A stretch of DNA of 64,000 bases, from positions 1,011,364-1,075,363 of the forward strand of contig MCFH01000011.1 of the NCBI GenBank assembly GCA_002104945.1, read 5' to 3'. Made by a program: the position numbers and the translations under genes. This document shows positions 47,593 to 59,883 of this stretch, piece after piece. Below the pieces are notes generated by a model that did no database searches, was not told the origin of the DNA, and saw only the letters and a program-made list of their open reading frames with translations. The stretch is from Piromyces finnis finn. Lineage: Eukaryota > Fungi > Neocallimastigomycota. Every line of letters starts with the position of its first letter. Within the stretch, counting starts at the first letter, position 1.

Positions 47593-48509
47593 TTTTAATT
47601 AATACTTTTTAATAATTACAATTAAAAAAATGATAAGAAAAAAGATTTTAAAAACTAGGTTTAAAAACTACAAAATATATAATAAATAATTTTTAAGCCT
47701 AAAAGCAAAATTTAAAATTGTCATAATAATAAAATAAATTTAAATAAATTTTTTACTAATAAAAAAAAAATAATAAAGCACTTAATATTTAATGGCAAAA
47801 TATAAATAAAAAATATTCCAACTAATTCCTTTTTTATTTAAGTAGTTCATATATAAATATTTTTCTTATTATAAAACAAGAGAATTTTGAAATTTTAAAA
47901 TACTTTTATAATCAAGTTAATTTTTAGTTCTATTCATAATTACTTTTAATAACACAAAGTTTTTATTATTAATTAATTATTAAAATTTATATAATTAATT
48001 ATTAGTTTTATTTTAAATTACTATATATAATTATTATTGTATTGCAAAGTATATATATCATTAATTAACAACTTTAGTAAATAATAATTATAAAAAAAAA
48101 AAAAACAATAATAAGTTATTTGTTATTTTTATAACTTATTTGTAATGTTATATTACTTAATTTTATTATGCATTTTTTTTATTTATGATTATATTGAATC
48201 ATAATTTTGATAACATAATTTTTATAATAGACTTATCTATAAAAATAGTTACATAATTATAAAGGGATAAACGATAATAATAAAAAGTTGATTTATTAAG
48301 TGACTAATTTTTTAATCATTATTTTTTGTATATTTTATGTTATTTTTATCAAAATGGAGAAAGTGCAGAATTCTATATTATTTATTGATAATAAAAAGAA
48401 AAGAAAATTTTAAATTCCATATTTGGTAAATATTAATATAATCAAAAAAATATAATATTAAGATTTTTTTTGTACCACACTAACTTTGATAAAAATTTAT
48501 TTATCAAAT

Positions 48510-48620
48510 TTATATATAAAATAAAATTGTAATTATTATTATATAATAAAAAATATACTAACTTTATATATATAAAATAAAATTGTAATTATTATTATAT
48601 AATAAAAAATATACTAACTT
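48510..48620. repeat. Tandem duplication, unit about 57 bp
   Basis: TATATATAAAATAAAATTGTAATTATTATTATATAATAAAAAATATACTAACT occurs twice. Confidence 0.75.
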
Positions 48621-49657
48621 AGATTATTATAGAGTCACAACTAAAAAAAATACAATTACATTATCAATTTACTACATTATTCTACAAATCTATCAATTGA
48701 TGTATTTGTATTAAATATTTACAAGCCTATATACAAGCCACAAATTGTATATAAGAAAGAAAATTTTTCATGTATTTTAATTTTTTTATAGCCTCCTATA
48801 TGAATAATTTTAATAAACTTTAAATATTATAAAACAATACAATATTCGTTTATATTATAATATTGATAAAAATAGTTGTTACCTTTTTTACTTAGTACCG
48901 AAAATCTTTGAGCGTATTTGTTTTAAGAAATTCAAAAAATTTATTAAATACTAATTGCTATGAAAATATCCAAAAAAAAAAAAAAAACATTATAATTTAC
49001 TTTTTATCTTATTAATCACAAAAAAAAAAGACAAATAATAAAAAGATAAAAAAAAACTATGCTTTTAAAAACTTGCTCTAAAAAATATATTTTAGAATTA
49101 AATTTTATTATATATTTTATTTTATATAATAAATATAAATAATGTATATAATATATAATAAATATATTATGTAAATATATTGCATTACATATATTCAAAA
49201 AAAATTTTTATTTTATTCTTTTATCAGGGAAAAAAAATATTTATCTTTTTTTTTTTTTAGATTAAAATATTAAAAATTTAAATAGTAATTTTACTAATTA
49301 TAATTTAAAAAAGATATAAAAACATCACAAAACCTTTTATTTTTATCATTCAAAAATAAAACATTTATTAAATAAATAAATAAATAAATAAATAAAAAAT
49401 AAAGCAATTTAATTTATATATTATTATTAATGATATAATAAAATATAAATTAATAATTAATTCAGAAAATTATTTAATAAAAATAATCGTATATAATATG
49501 CTTTAGAATAATAATAATAGTAATATATAAAGTATAATATACAAAAATAGAAATAGATATACAAAAATTATAAAAATTTACTAAAATATTAAACATATAA
49601 TAAAAAAAATAAAATAAACCAAATTAATTAAAATTCATTTATAATTAATAATAAAAG

Positions 49658-51013
49658 ATGACTGACGAAATTCAATTTAACACTGGAGATGTTGGTTTTA
49701 TAATCATTTGTGCAGGTTTAGTATGGTTTATGACTCCTGGTTTAGGCTATTTCTATTCTGGTATGGCACGTTCAAAATCTGCTCTTTCTTTAATCATGGT
49801 TTGTTTCCTTGCTATTGCTGTTGTTTCAATACAATGGTGGATGTTTGGTTTCTCATTAACTTTCAGTGAAACTTCTGGTAATCCATTAATTGGTAATTTC
49901 AAGTATGCATTTGGTCATCATATGAACGGTCCAAAGGATGTATTACCAATCGTTCCTAATTTACCTATTTCAGTTTTTTCTATTTTTCAAATGATGTTTG
50001 CTATTATTACTGCTGGTCTTATTTTTGGTGGTCCAGCTGAACGTATGAGGGTTTTACCAACTATTGTTTTTATTTTCATTTGGACAACTGTTGTTTATGA
50101 TCCAATTGCTTATTGGTCTTGGTCTGAAAATGGTTGGCTTAGAAAGTTAGGATCTCTTGATTTTGCTGGTGGTACACCTGTTCATATTGCTTCTGGTGCT
50201 GCTGGTTTAGCTTATTCCATTGTTCTCGGTAAACGTCAAGGTTTAGGAAAGGAAAAATTCAAACCACATAATCTTTCTAATGTTTTCTTAGGTACTGCTT
50301 TACTTTGGTTTGGTTGGTTCGGTTTTAATGCTGGTTCAGCTCTTGGTGCCAATGCTCGTGCTGGTATGGCTCTCTTAACTACCAATTTATCTACTGCTGT
50401 TGGCGGTATTACTTGGGTTCTTATTGATTATCATCGTGAAAAAAAACTTTCTGCACTTGGTTTTTGCTCTGGTGCTGTTGCAGGATTAGTTGGTATCACT
50501 CCAGGTGCTGGTTTTGTTTCACCATGTCCAGCTGCTGCTATTGGCTTAATTACCGCAACTGTTTGTAACTTTGGTTGTAAAATTAAAGGTAAGATCGGTA
50601 TTGATGATGCTCTTGATGTTTTTGGTGTTCACTGCTTAGGTGGTATTACTGGAAATCTTTTAACAGGTATCTTTGCTCAAAAATATATTCAAGATTTAGA
50701 TGGAGGTTACTCATATAAGGAACAAGGTGGTTGGTTAGATGGTTCTTGGAATCAACTTCTTTATCAATTTATTGGTTGTGTTGCTGGTTTCTTCTGGAGT
50801 TTCTGCATTACTTTTTGTCTTCTTAAAGTCTTAGATTATATACCAGGATTAAACATACGTGTTGAACGTGAAGCTGAAGTATACGGTATTGATCAATCAG
50901 AAATGGGTGAAGTTGCATATGATTATGTTTCTTACTCTCAAGCTGATATAATGAATATGGCTTCTGCTGTTTCCATAACAAATAATTCTAGTAACATCAA
51001 TGTTAAAGAGTAA
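49658..51013 (+). CDS. MEP: Ammonium transporter (Amt/MEP family), intronless, 451 aa
   Basis: Motifs MTPGLGYFYSG, DFAGGTPVH, WFGWFGFNAGS, GLVGITP and DVFGVH, with many hydrophobic helices. Confidence 0.96.
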   Translation: MTDEIQFNTGDVGFIIICAGLVWFMTPGLGYFYSGMARSKSALSLIMVCFLAIAVVSIQWWMFGFSLTFSETSGNPLIGNFKYAFGHHMNGPKDVLPIVPNLPISVFSIFQMMFAIITAGLIFGGPAERMRVLPTIVFIFIWTTVVYDPIAYWSWSENGWLRKLGSLDFAGGTPVHIASGAAGLAYSIVLGKRQGLGKEKFKPHNLSNVFLGTALLWFGWFGFNAGSALGANARAGMALLTTNLSTAVGGITWVLIDYHREKKLSALGFCSGAVAGLVGITPGAGFVSPCPAAAIGLITATVCNFGCKIKGKIGIDDALDVFGVHCLGGITGNLLTGIFAQKYIQDLDGGYSYKEQGGWLDGSWNQLLYQFIGCVAGFFWSFCITFCLLKVLDYIPGLNIRVEREAEVYGIDQSEMGEVAYDYVSYSQADIMNMASAVSITNNSSNINVKE

Positions 51014-51664
51014 TAAAATTGGCGATATTAACGCTTCTAAAGCATAAAATCAATTAATTTCAATATCAACCTAATATATATAATATAAAGAAAAATCATA
51101 AAAAAAAGTATAATACTAACAATAATAATAATAAACTATCAGAATTTTAAAATAATTTATTAACATTTAAATATAGAATAAATAATAAAAAGTTAAAATA
51201 AAATAATAATAATAATAATTTATTTATAAAAAATGAAAAAAATGAAAAAAAAAAAAAAAAGAAATGAAAAATTCATAATTTTAAATATCCTAAAACTATT
51301 AAAAAAAATGTAATGTATAAAAACTATCAACATAATTTTTTTATAATATTTATTAAAACAAATATAGAAAAATCAAAAAAAATCAAATATATATACATAT
51401 ACATATTTCCTTTATTGAGTGAAAAAGGAGATAGGTATATATATAATATTAATATGTAGAATAATATTTATCTTTTATATAATCTATTGAAGTTTTGTGA
51501 TAATTAAAAGTAATTAACATAAAACTTTTATTTATTTTAATATTAATAAAAATATCTAAAACCCAAAAAAGTTGAATTTGATTTATGTATATAATATTGA
51601 GTTTTCATAGTTTCTTTTAAAATTTTGTTAATATTTATTTTAAAATAATAATTAAAATAAATAA

Positions 51665-51736
51665 AGGGGCGTTCCGGATTTGAACCGAAGACCTATTGAT
51701 CTGCAGTCAATTGCTCTACCGCTGAGCTAACACCCC
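51665..51736 (-). tRNA. tRNA-Cys(GCA)
   Basis: Identical to 43191-43262 on the opposite strand. Confidence 0.96.
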
Positions 51737-51802
51737 TTTTACGTTATTTTTGATAAATAATGAAATTAATAAATATAAAATTATTATTATACCTGATTTT
51801 TA

Positions 51803-52901
51803 TGTCACGAATACTAGTGAAATTACAATTTCAAGATCACTTGGAATTGTGAAATCACTTATGAAAATTCAAAATCAACAAATATTTTATTTTCAAATAA
51901 ATTATAAAATTTTATTAAGAAATATTTAAAAATTTAGAAAAGGTTAAAATATGACCTTAACCCTTAATAATTTTTATAATAAATAACTTTAACCCTTATC
52001 GTTAAAATGGAATAAGGAAAAACACGCGTATCTCCTCAACGAATGACGATTTTTGAATAAAAATATTTTGGTTATAATTACGTTCGTTAGAAAGCCACGC
52101 TCGAGACAAACAACATATCTTAAAATCAGGTCAATATCTCTGCTGGTTCACGAGATATTCCAATTTAAAGATATTTTGTTAGCAATGATTAATTGTTTAT
52201 TCAGAGAATGATCACCCCTGATATATCAAACATAAATCATTCACTCAAAGTATAAAAAATTATTGTTTAATTAAATTAAAATTATTTTCCGGAACTAATT
52301 AACTTTATTTTATAATAATTATTTCAACAACATAATTTATAATCTTTGAACTAGAGGATTATAATTATTAATATTATATTCAATGAATTATATTATAATT
52401 AAGAAATAATTAATATTATGAATATTATAAACAATAGTTATTTTTTAATAATTAGGAATAAGTCTTAAGTTTAGTTTAAGTATTATAAAATATATTATGA
52501 ATATAATCATGTATTGAAAAGTTATTTTATTATTAAATGTAAAATTACAAATAGTATAAATAGTTTAGAATAGTTTATGAAATTAAAATCTTTGTAAAGA
52601 TTATTAACCAAAAATTATTAACTATAAATTATTAACTAAAGATTATTAACTATAGATTATTAACTATTAATAATAATTAATACTTAATGAGTATTACTAT
52701 TAAATAATCTTATTATTATATATATTCTTTAAATAAAATAAAAAGGAATTATTTTAACTATAATACATAATTTAATTATTCATTTATAAATCAATTAAGA
52801 TTATTTTAATAAAACATTTTTTTTCTAACCTAGTTATCTTTTAACCTTTTATTTAATTTGATATTTTAATATTAAATTATAAGTTTAGTAAAACTTTTAC
52901 A
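51803..52901 (+). mobile_element. LTR family A, array copy 1
   Basis: 1099 bp, flanked by TTTTA on both sides. Confidence 0.95.
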
Positions 52902-52906
52902 TTTTA

Positions 52907-54005
52907 TGTCACGAATACTAGTGAAAATACAATTTCAAGATCACTTGGAATTGTGAAATCACTTATGAAAATTCAAAATCAACAAATATTTTATTTTCAA
53001 ATAAATTATAAAATTTTATTAAGAAATATTTAAAAATTTAGAAAAGGTTAAAATATGACCTTAACCCTTAATAATTTTTATAATAAATAACTTTAACCCT
53101 TATCGTTAAAATGGAATAAGGAAAAACACGCGTATCTCCTCAACGAATGACGATTTTTGAATAAAAATATTTTGGTTATAATTACGTTCGTTAGAAAGCC
53201 ACGCTCGAGACAAACAACATATCTTAAAATCAGGTCAATATCTCTGCTGGTTCACGAGATATTCCAATTTAAAGATATTTTGTTAGCAATGATTAATTGT
53301 TTATTCAGAGAATGATCACCCCTGATATATCAAACATAAATCATTCACTCAAAGTATAAAAAATTATTGTTTAATTAAATTAAAATTATTTTCCGGAACT
53401 AATTAACTTTATTTTATAATAATTATTTCAACAACATAATTTATAATCTTTGAACTAGAGGATTATAATTATTAATATTATATTCAATGAATTATATTAT
53501 AATTAAGAAATAATTAATATTATGAATATTATAAACAATAGTTATTTTTTAATAATTAGGAATAAGTCTTAAGTTTAGTTTAAGTATTATAAAATATATT
53601 ATGAATATAATCATGTATTGAAAAGTTATTTTATTATTAAATGTAAAATTACAAATAGTATAAATAGTTTAGAATAGTTTATGAAATTAAAATCTTTGTA
53701 AAGATTATTAACCAAAAATTATTAACTATAAATTATTAACTAAAGATTATTAACTATAGATTATTAACTATTAATAATAATTAATACTTAATGAGTATTA
53801 CTATTAAATAATCTTATTATTATATATATTCTTTAAATAAAATAAAAAGGAATTATTTTAACTATAATACATAATTTAATTATTCATTTATAAATCAATT
53901 AAGATTATTTTAATAAAACATTTTTTTTCTAACCTAGTTATCTTTTAACCTTTTATTTAATTTGATATTTTAATATTAAATTATAAGTTTAGTAAAACTT
54001 TTACA
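52907..54005 (+). mobile_element. LTR family A, array copy 2
   Basis: 1099 bp, near-identical to copy 1, flanked by TTTTA. Confidence 0.95.
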
Positions 54006-54010
54006 TTTTA

Positions 54011-55141
54011 TGTCACGAATACTAGTGAAAATACAATTTCAAGATCACTTGGAATTGTGAAATCACTTATGAAAATTCAAAATCAACAAATATTTTATTT
54101 TCAAATAAATTATAAAATTTTATTAAGAAATATTTAAAAATTTAGAAAAGGTTAAAATATGACCTTAACCCTTAATAATTTTTATAATAAATAACTTTAA
54201 CCCTTATCGTTAAAATGGAATAAGGAAAAACACGCGTATCTCCTCAACGAATGACGATTTTTGAATAAAAATATTTTGGTTATAATTACGTTCGTTAGAA
54301 AGCCACGCTCGAGACAAACAACATATCTTAAAATCAGGTCAATATCTCTGCTGGTTCACGAGATATTCCAATTTAAAGATATTTTGTTAGCAATGATTAA
54401 TTGTTTATTCAGAGAATGATCACCCCTGATATATCAAACATAAATCATTCACTCAAAGTATAAAAAATTATTGTTTAATTAAATTAAAATTATTTTCCGG
54501 AACTAATTAACTTTATTTTATAATAATTATTTCAACAACATAATTTATAATCTTTGAACTAGAGGATTATAATTATTAATATTATATTCAATGAATTATA
54601 TTATAATTAAGAAATAATTAATATTATGAATATTATAAACAATAGTTATTTTTTAATAATTAGGAATAAGTCTTAAGTTTAGTTTAAGTATTATAAAATA
54701 TATTATGAATATAATCATGTATTGAAAAGTTATTTTATTATTAAATGTAAAATTGCAAATAGTATAAATAGTTTAGAATAGTTTATGAAATTAAAATCTT
54801 TGTAAAGATTATTAACCAAAAATTATTAACCATAAATTATTAAATTATTAACTATAAATTATTAACTAAAGATTATTAACTATAAATTATTAACTATTAA
54901 TAATAATTAATACTTAATGAGTATTACTACTAAATAATCTTATTATTATATATTTTAGCAATATATCATTAAATAAAATAAAAGAAATTATTTTAACCAT
55001 AATATATAATTTAATTATTCATTTATAAATCAATTAAGATTATTTTAATAAAACATTTTTTTTTCTAACCTAGTTATCTCTTAACCTTTTATTTAATTTG
55101 ATATTTTAATATTAAATTATAAGTTTAGTAAAACTTTTACA
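54011..55141 (+). mobile_element. LTR family A, array copy 3 (different R/U5)
   Basis: 1131 bp. The 3' part resembles 40863-42017. Flanked by TTTTA. Confidence 0.95.
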
Positions 55142-55146
55142 TTTTA

Positions 55147-56278
55147 TGTGAAGATATTAACTGGATTTAAAACAAATTCAGATAATATCTATAATTAATT
55201 AAACATAATAATTATAATTAAATAATTTCAATAATTATTTTAAAACACTTTTAAAAGTCACCTTTTAAATTTTGATTCAGTGAAAGGGTTACGATTTCCA
55301 AAATTTAATATCAATACACTATAACCCTTAACCAAAAATAAGCAAGTACGAAATAAGGTGTAACTCGCCAAAAACGATCGCTACGGCTGTAAGTGCTACG
55401 GTGATGAAACTAGGTTTATTGGAAAGCTTAGGAAGAAAGCTACAATTTGGTACAATCGCGGTCCTTCTAACTGATCATTTAAGGAAGTTATGATCATTTA
55501 AAGATTTTATTAGGTAAATTAAAATCAATATGATATCAAGTATGGATCATAAATATTTCTTATGACTTGATGAAATTAAAAATATATCAATAGGAATTTT
55601 AGTTATATTAATTTAATTAATGATAACGATTGTTACTAAAAATAGAACTAGACCCATTTAGGTGTAACAGTTAACACCTATAAATTAAATAATCTTAATT
55701 ATTATAAAATAGGTTAACGGCAAGTTTTATTAGAAATAATTTTGAAAATAATAATTATTTAATTATAACAAATATGTTATGGTAATATCAATTAATAATG
55801 ATGAATTATTAATTGAATAGTTTTTATAATTACTAATTAGGATCAACTGTTTAAATGATTAATCATATGTTTATTTTATTTTATGTCATGACAAACAAAC
55901 AAACAAACAAACCATCTTATTACTTATTTAATTATATTACTAATATATTACATGTAATACTTTATTCTTATTAATATCAATTTAATAATCTGAACAAAGA
56001 ATATAAAAGAGAATGAATTGAATTCGATTTTAATTCTTTGTAAAGATTATAGTTATAATCTTAATTATATAGTTACTTATAATATCATTTATATTATTAT
56101 TATTAAATAAATAAAAAATTTATAAAAAGTTATTTTAAAGTAAATATAAATTTTTCATTTTTCATTTGGGAGTTTAAGGTGTTATTTTATAATTAAATTT
56201 AATTTCTTAAAAAACATTTTTACTATATAATTAATAACATTCTGACCTGGCCGCATAACCAAACCCAAAAACTTAACA
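55147..56278 (+). mobile_element. Solo LTR family B in the array
   Basis: TGTGAAG...CTTAACA flanked by TTTTA (55142-55146, 56279-56283). Confidence 0.93.
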
Positions 56279-57036
56279 TTTTAAGTTAACCCTAAAAGTA
56301 ACTTAAAACAAGTTATAGTTTAATTAAGTACTTTACCAAAATTCTTAAATAAAATTAATCCTAAACACTGCATATATTTTGATTATTGAAAGAAAATAAT
56401 AAACTTTAATTAATCGAGATCAAAATATATAACTTTTGTTAAATTAATTGTTAAATTAAATATTTAATAACTTCGTTAGTAAATTACACTTTAAAAGTAA
56501 ACAAATATAATAATTCATGTTATAAAATAATATAATTAAACACCTTTATTAAAACATTAAAAATAATTATTACTTTAATTAATTGTAAAATAAACAACTT
56601 TTTATATTCTTTAACTTTTAATTATTTCTTTTATTGTTATTTCTAATTACTTTTATTGTAAATAGTTATTAATTTTATTGTTTTAATGTAAATAGTTTAA
56701 ATTTAAAAGAAAATATAAATACATGTAAATATTCTTATTTTAATCATTATTATTATTATTAATAAAGAAATATTATATAGTTAGATTAATATTTTATAAT
56801 TTTAATAATCACTTTTAAATTAAATAAATAAAATTTTAAATAATTAAATATTAGAAAAACGAGTGTTTCTAATAAAACAATTTAGTGTTTTAATAAAACA
56901 ATTTTATTAATTTTTATAAAAACAATTTTAAATTCTAATCCATATAATTTATATAGTTATAATCAAAGATATAATATAATAATCACTTTTTGAAGTAAAT
57001 TCAAAATTAAGATTATTATCAAATTATATCATTTAT

Positions 57037-58081
57037 TGATACGCTACTCATATAAAAACATAATAAAAACTAACTGAATAAATACGACTTAACCCATAGT
57101 GACTTATAATAAAAATAAATGATAATAACCCTTTAAAATGAATGAATAATAATTTTATGAAAATATAACCCTTTCTTAAATAAATAATATTCTCTTTATT
57201 ATAAATTCTGAGTAAAAACGACTTAATGGCGATGATAATAAAATAAATTATTAAATAAAATAAAACGACTTAATCCAGAAATATATTAAAATAATAAAAT
57301 AGTAATAAATAAATAAAAATGAATAAATAAACTAAAAATAAAAATGGTATACATCAAATTATTAATTCTAGTGTTTTATCCAAGTGTTCCTTATAAATTC
57401 TTTTAAATTTATATATATAAATTAATAAATAAATAATTGAGTAATTATTACTAAAAGTGATAAGCTTAAAACCTGGAAATAAAACAATAATAACAATTTT
57501 AAAGATAAAATACAGAACTCTTTTATGTTTCTGTATAAAATGAGTGTTTATAATAATTGATACTTTTAATATTTTAATTTTGTTATAATTTTATTTTAAT
57601 TTTATTTTAATTTTAAATTTTAATTATTTTATTCAAGGTATTATACATTTAATAATTTAATGGTATTTAATGATAGTTTATAATAATTTTTAGTTTTAAA
57701 CATTTAAGTAAAAGAAGATCAAATAAATAATATTTTATAATACTAAAGTATAATTTTAATTTATTCTTTTTAATTTTAATAAAGAATAACAATAGGAATA
57801 TTTCATAATTAAAAATAATAATACATGTAATAAATGAAAATGTATAAAAGAAAGATAAATTTCTCCTTTAATAAGGTGAATAATAAATAAATAATAAAAA
57901 GATAATAAAAAGATAATCTAAAACATAAGTAAAGAGTCTATTTTGAGTTTTAAAGAGATTTATTTGTTAATTATAAAACATATTCTATTTTATTTTAAAT
58001 TTATTGTTTCATCATAAATACTAGAATTTATTATTTATTAAAAATATTATATTATTCAAAAATATATCAGTTAAAGTATCA
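57037..58081 (+). mobile_element. LTR family C (long variant)
   Basis: TGATACG...GTATCA. Flanks TTAT and TTTT differ at one base. Confidence 0.8.
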
Positions 58082-58144
58082 TTTTTGATAACGAATTGGT
58101 TGTTATAACATAACTTTTCAAAATACTTCTTCTTCGTTATATCA

Positions 58145-58849
58145 AGGATACTAGTGGAATTTGCAATTTCAAGTGATCTTGAAATTGTGAAATTACGTTT
58201 AAAATAGTAAAAAATTAATTATTATCAAATTTTAAAAGATATAAAATTATATTATAGATATTATATTATAGATATTTAAAATTCTAAGTAACATGACTTT
58301 AACCCTTTCAAAAATTATTATAAACACTTTTAACCCTTAAGGTCATAATTCAATAACGAAAAACAATCGTATCTCGGTAACGAATTACGGTTTTTGAATA
58401 ATAATGTTTGATGAAACAACATTCATTAGATAGCCATGCTCAAGAACAACAACATATGTTAATACGAGCATAATATCTTTGCTGGTTCGCAAGATATCAA
58501 CATTTAAAGATTTTTAAATACAAATGATTATTGATAATTCAGAAAATGATCACCCCACCCCTAATTATCAATCATAAATCATTCTGTAAAATTAAAATAA
58601 AATAAATTAAATTATAATAATTCGAAGATAATAACTTTATTTTTAATACTTCAATAAATATTTCATAATCTTTGAATTAAAGGATTATGTTATTTTACCT
58701 ACATATAATTATTTATATAATAATTATATAATAATTAGTATTAATATTATTGATATTTAGTTAATAAATATATATATTATTGTTATTCTTATGTTTAGTT
58801 TAATATTATTAAGTATATTATGAATATAAATCATGTATTGAAAATTACA
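58145..58849 (+). repeat. Diverged, truncated A-like LTR (duplicate of 44230-44934)
   Basis: Reverse-complement identity with 44230-44934. Confidence 0.75.
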
Positions 58850-59811
58850 TTTCCTCCATCAATCAGAGTAGGCCCCAAATGGTGGTTCTTAGAGAAACGT
58901 TGGCTCTTTCCTATTGCTAGGTGGTTTTGACCCTTCTGGTTTGTCATACTGAATCTTCAGCCTCGACGCTCACTGAAACTTAGTTTATTATTAAATTTTA
59001 CAAAGAATATAAATGGTTTAGTTAATAATAATCTTTACAAAGAATTAATTTTATGAATTTAAGATTATTATCAAATTTTATTATTAAGTTATATAATATT
59101 ATATTATATAATTTAAGAATTATTTTTTTTATTTGTTAATAAAATTTCTAATAAAACATTTTCTTGACTTAGTTTAATTTTTACTTGTCTTTTAATTATA
59201 ATTTAATATTTAATATTTAATAAGTTTTACTCAAAAAAATTTTCCATGAATTTATGTTTAATTTATAATATGATATAATATTTAATTTTATATTTAAATA
59301 ATGGACATGTATTATTATAGTAAATAATATTATAAAATAATAATCAATAATAATTTATATAGATTAATGATATTATAAGTGAAAGCATAGGTAAACAAAC
59401 ACTAATATTTTAGTGTTAGTATTAAAGTAAAATAATATAATAAATATAATAAAAAATTAATAATAAAGAATTATTATATTTAAAATAGTCAAAAATAGTT
59501 TATAGTAATAAGAGAAATAAGGCGAACAAACACTTATTATTATATATAACTAGTTTTATTCATTATTTAATTACTAATATATTTATAAATTTTAATAAAA
59601 AACATTATTTACAATATTAGCTTATATGAGTGGTTATTATTTATTTATTATTGTAATACTTTTTATGTAAAATAACATAGTAAATCTATTTCTCTTATAG
59701 AAAATATAATAAACCTTCTACAATTTGATTTATGTATATAATATTGAGTTTTCATAGTTACTTTTAAAATTTTGTTAATATTTATTTTAAAATAATAATT
59801 AAAATAAACAA

Positions 59812-59883
59812 AGGGGCGTTCCGGATTTGAACCGAAGACCTATTGATCTGCAGTCAATTGCTCTACCGCTGAGCTAACACCCC
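59812..59883 (-). tRNA. tRNA-Cys(GCA)
   Basis: Identical to the other two copies. Confidence 0.96.

Larger units (their letters stand above)
51751..57031 (+). mobile_element. E-like solo LTR (51751-51802 + 56284-57031), split by the LTR array
   Basis: The start TGATAAATAATGAAATTAATAAATAT resembles the E LTR start. After the array it resumes with GTTAACCCTAAAAGTAACTTAAAA (E: CTAATCCTCAAAACAACTTAAAA) and ends ATATCA. Confidence 0.65.

Noticed and set aside
49016-49198. 60-aa minus-strand ORF upstream of the ammonium transporter
   Set aside because: It is low-complexity AT-rich promoter DNA with no coding features.
51803-55141. Tandem 1.1-kb repeats as a satellite or CRISPR-like array
   Set aside because: The units are LTRs of a family with a coding member at 59950, and the spacers are the 5-bp TSD.
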